A stretch of DNA of 64,000 nt, from contig NC_086097.1 of assembly GCF_963921235.1 (NCBI RefSeq), positions 180,732,001-180,796,000 on the forward strand, read 5' to 3'. Made by a program: the position numbers and the translations under genes. The DNA is from Mobula hypostoma. Lineage: Eukaryota. A model generated the notes under the pieces. That model was not told the DNA's origin. It was given only the letters and a program-made list of their open reading frames with translations, and did no database searches. Of this stretch, positions 62,301 through 64,000 are shown piece by piece (positions within the stretch are counted from its first letter, which is position 1; each line of letters begins with the position of its first letter).

Positions 62301-64000
62301 TTTGAGAGGGAGAAGACAAAGTCAGATGTACAGAGGAGTAAAGGGAATTACAGAGGTATGAGAGTGGAGCTGGCCAGAGTGGAGGCTACCTCAGTAAATA
62401 TATTTAAGATAAGGTTGGATAGATTATTAGAGATGATGGTGGAATAGCAATGGCTGGAGTTTCTGGGGACAAATCAGAAGGTACAGGATAGATATAATCC
62501 AAAGATGAAGTATTCCAAAGGGAGGTTAAGATAACCATGGCTAACAAGGGAAGTCAAAGATAGCATAAAAGCATAAGAGAAGGTATATAATATAGCAAAA
62601 ATTATTGGAAATTTATACAATTGGAAGCTTTTAAAAACCAACAGAAGGCAACTAGAAAAGCCATGATGAAAGAAGATATATGAAGGTAAGCTAGCTAATA
62701 ATATAAAAGATATAAAAGAAGACAAGGCAGTGGATGTTGTCTACATGGACAAGGTCCCACATGGGATGCTGTCAAGAAGGTTCAGTCACTCGGCATTCCG
62801 GATGAGGTAGTAAATTGAATTAGACATTGGCTTTGTGGGAGAAGCCAAAGAGTGTTGGTATAGGGTTGCCTCTCTGACTGGAGACCTGTGACTAGTGATG
62901 TGCAGTGGGATTGGTACTGGGTCCTTTGTTGTTTGTCACCTATATCAATGATCCGGATGATAATGTGGTTAACTGGATCAGCAAATTTGTGGATAACATC
63001 AAAATTGGAGGTGCAGTGGACAGTGAGGAAGGCTATCATGAATTTACTCCCCCAAATCTTGAGACTATGTTCCCTAATTCTAGTCTCAACTACCAGTGGA
63101 AACAACTTTCCTGCCTCTATTTTATCTATCCCTTTCATAATTTTATATGTTTCTATAAGATCTCTCATTCTTTTGAATCCAGCGAGTACAGTCCCAGGCG
63201 ACTCAATCTCTCCTCACAGTCTGACCCTCTCATCTCTGGAATCAACCTGGTGAATCTCCTTTGCACCGCCTCCAAAGCCAGTATATCCTTCCTCAAGTAA
63301 GGAGACCAGAAATGCACACAGTACTCCAGGTGTGGCCTCACCAGTACCCTATACAGATGCAGCATAACCTTCCTGCTCTTAAATTCAATCCCTCCAGTAA
63401 CGAAGGCCAACATTCCTTTTGTCTTCTTGATATCCTGCTGCACCTGCAAACCAACCTTTTGTGATTCATGCACAAGCACTCCCAAGTTCCCCTGCACAGC
63501 TGCATGCTGCAATTTTTTACCAATCTAAATAATAATCTAATCGTCCATTTTTCCTTCCAAAGTGGAAGACCTCGCAATTACCAACATTATACTCCATCTG
63601 CCGGACCTTGCCCATCTCTCTGCAGACTCTTCATACCTTCTGCACAATTTGCTTTACCACTCAATTTAGTGTCATCAGCAAATTTAGATACACTACACTT
63701 GGTCCCCTCTTCCAGAACACCGCTCACCATTGATTGCCAACCAGAGTAACACCCTGGTGGGTACAGAAGGGTACTGAGGAGTGTGGTAGAACAAAGGGAT
63801 CTGGGAATACAGGTACACAATTCATTGAAAGTGGCATCACATGTAGATAGAGTTGTAAAGAAAGCTTTTGGCACATTGGCCTTCATAAATCAATGTATCA
63901 AGTACAGATAATGGGATGTAATGTTGAAGTTGTTTGAGACATTGGTGTGGCCTAATTTGCAGTATGGTGAGCAGTTTTGGTCACCAATCTCCAGGAAAGA
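59345..64000. mobile_element. Cluster of CR1 fragments in alternating orientations
   Basis: LHLEYCVQFWSPY (+, 60365-60985), FADDT (-, ~60230), ENDAGEIVMGDKEM (-, 61530-61850), RPHLEYCVHFWSPY (-, 63040-63750). Confidence 0.85.
61202..61521 (-). mobile_element. tRNA-derived SINE inserted in a CR1
   Basis: Minus strand GGCTGGTGGCGCAATG (A box)...GGATTCGAAAC (B box); 10-bp TSD AGTGATTCTT at 61192-61201 and 61522-61531. Confidence 0.75.

Overview
Eukaryotic, repeat-dense vertebrate DNA. The CR1/Rex1/Penelope/V-SINE mix suggests a cartilaginous fish, probably a ray (inference). The only host gene I can support is CHPF2 (chondroitin polymerizing factor 2) on the minus strand. Its last coding exon (20738-21997) and a 183-bp penultimate exon (31245-31427) have canonical splice sites; the upstream exons were not found and probably lie beyond base 64000. 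Most of the rest is stacked transposable elements: CR1, Rex1/Babar and L2 LINEs, a young full-length L1 with a perfect 18-bp TSD, a hAT transposon with TIRs and an 8-bp TSD, a Tc1 element, SINEs, and a 71 x 36-bp G-rich minisatellite grown inside a retroposon. The most notable signal is a Penelope-like family carrying a minimal type I hammerhead ribozyme (UAGUC-CUGACGA-AGGGUCUCGGCCU-GAAACGUC/GACUG). It occurs as an inverted ORF-end/pLTR structure and as very short (62-205 bp) TSD-flanked insertions, one of which breaks L1 ORF1. Penelope hammerheads are a known class, so novelty would lie in these short mobile forms. TE family names come from motif recognition, not database searches, and boundaries of decayed elements are approximate.
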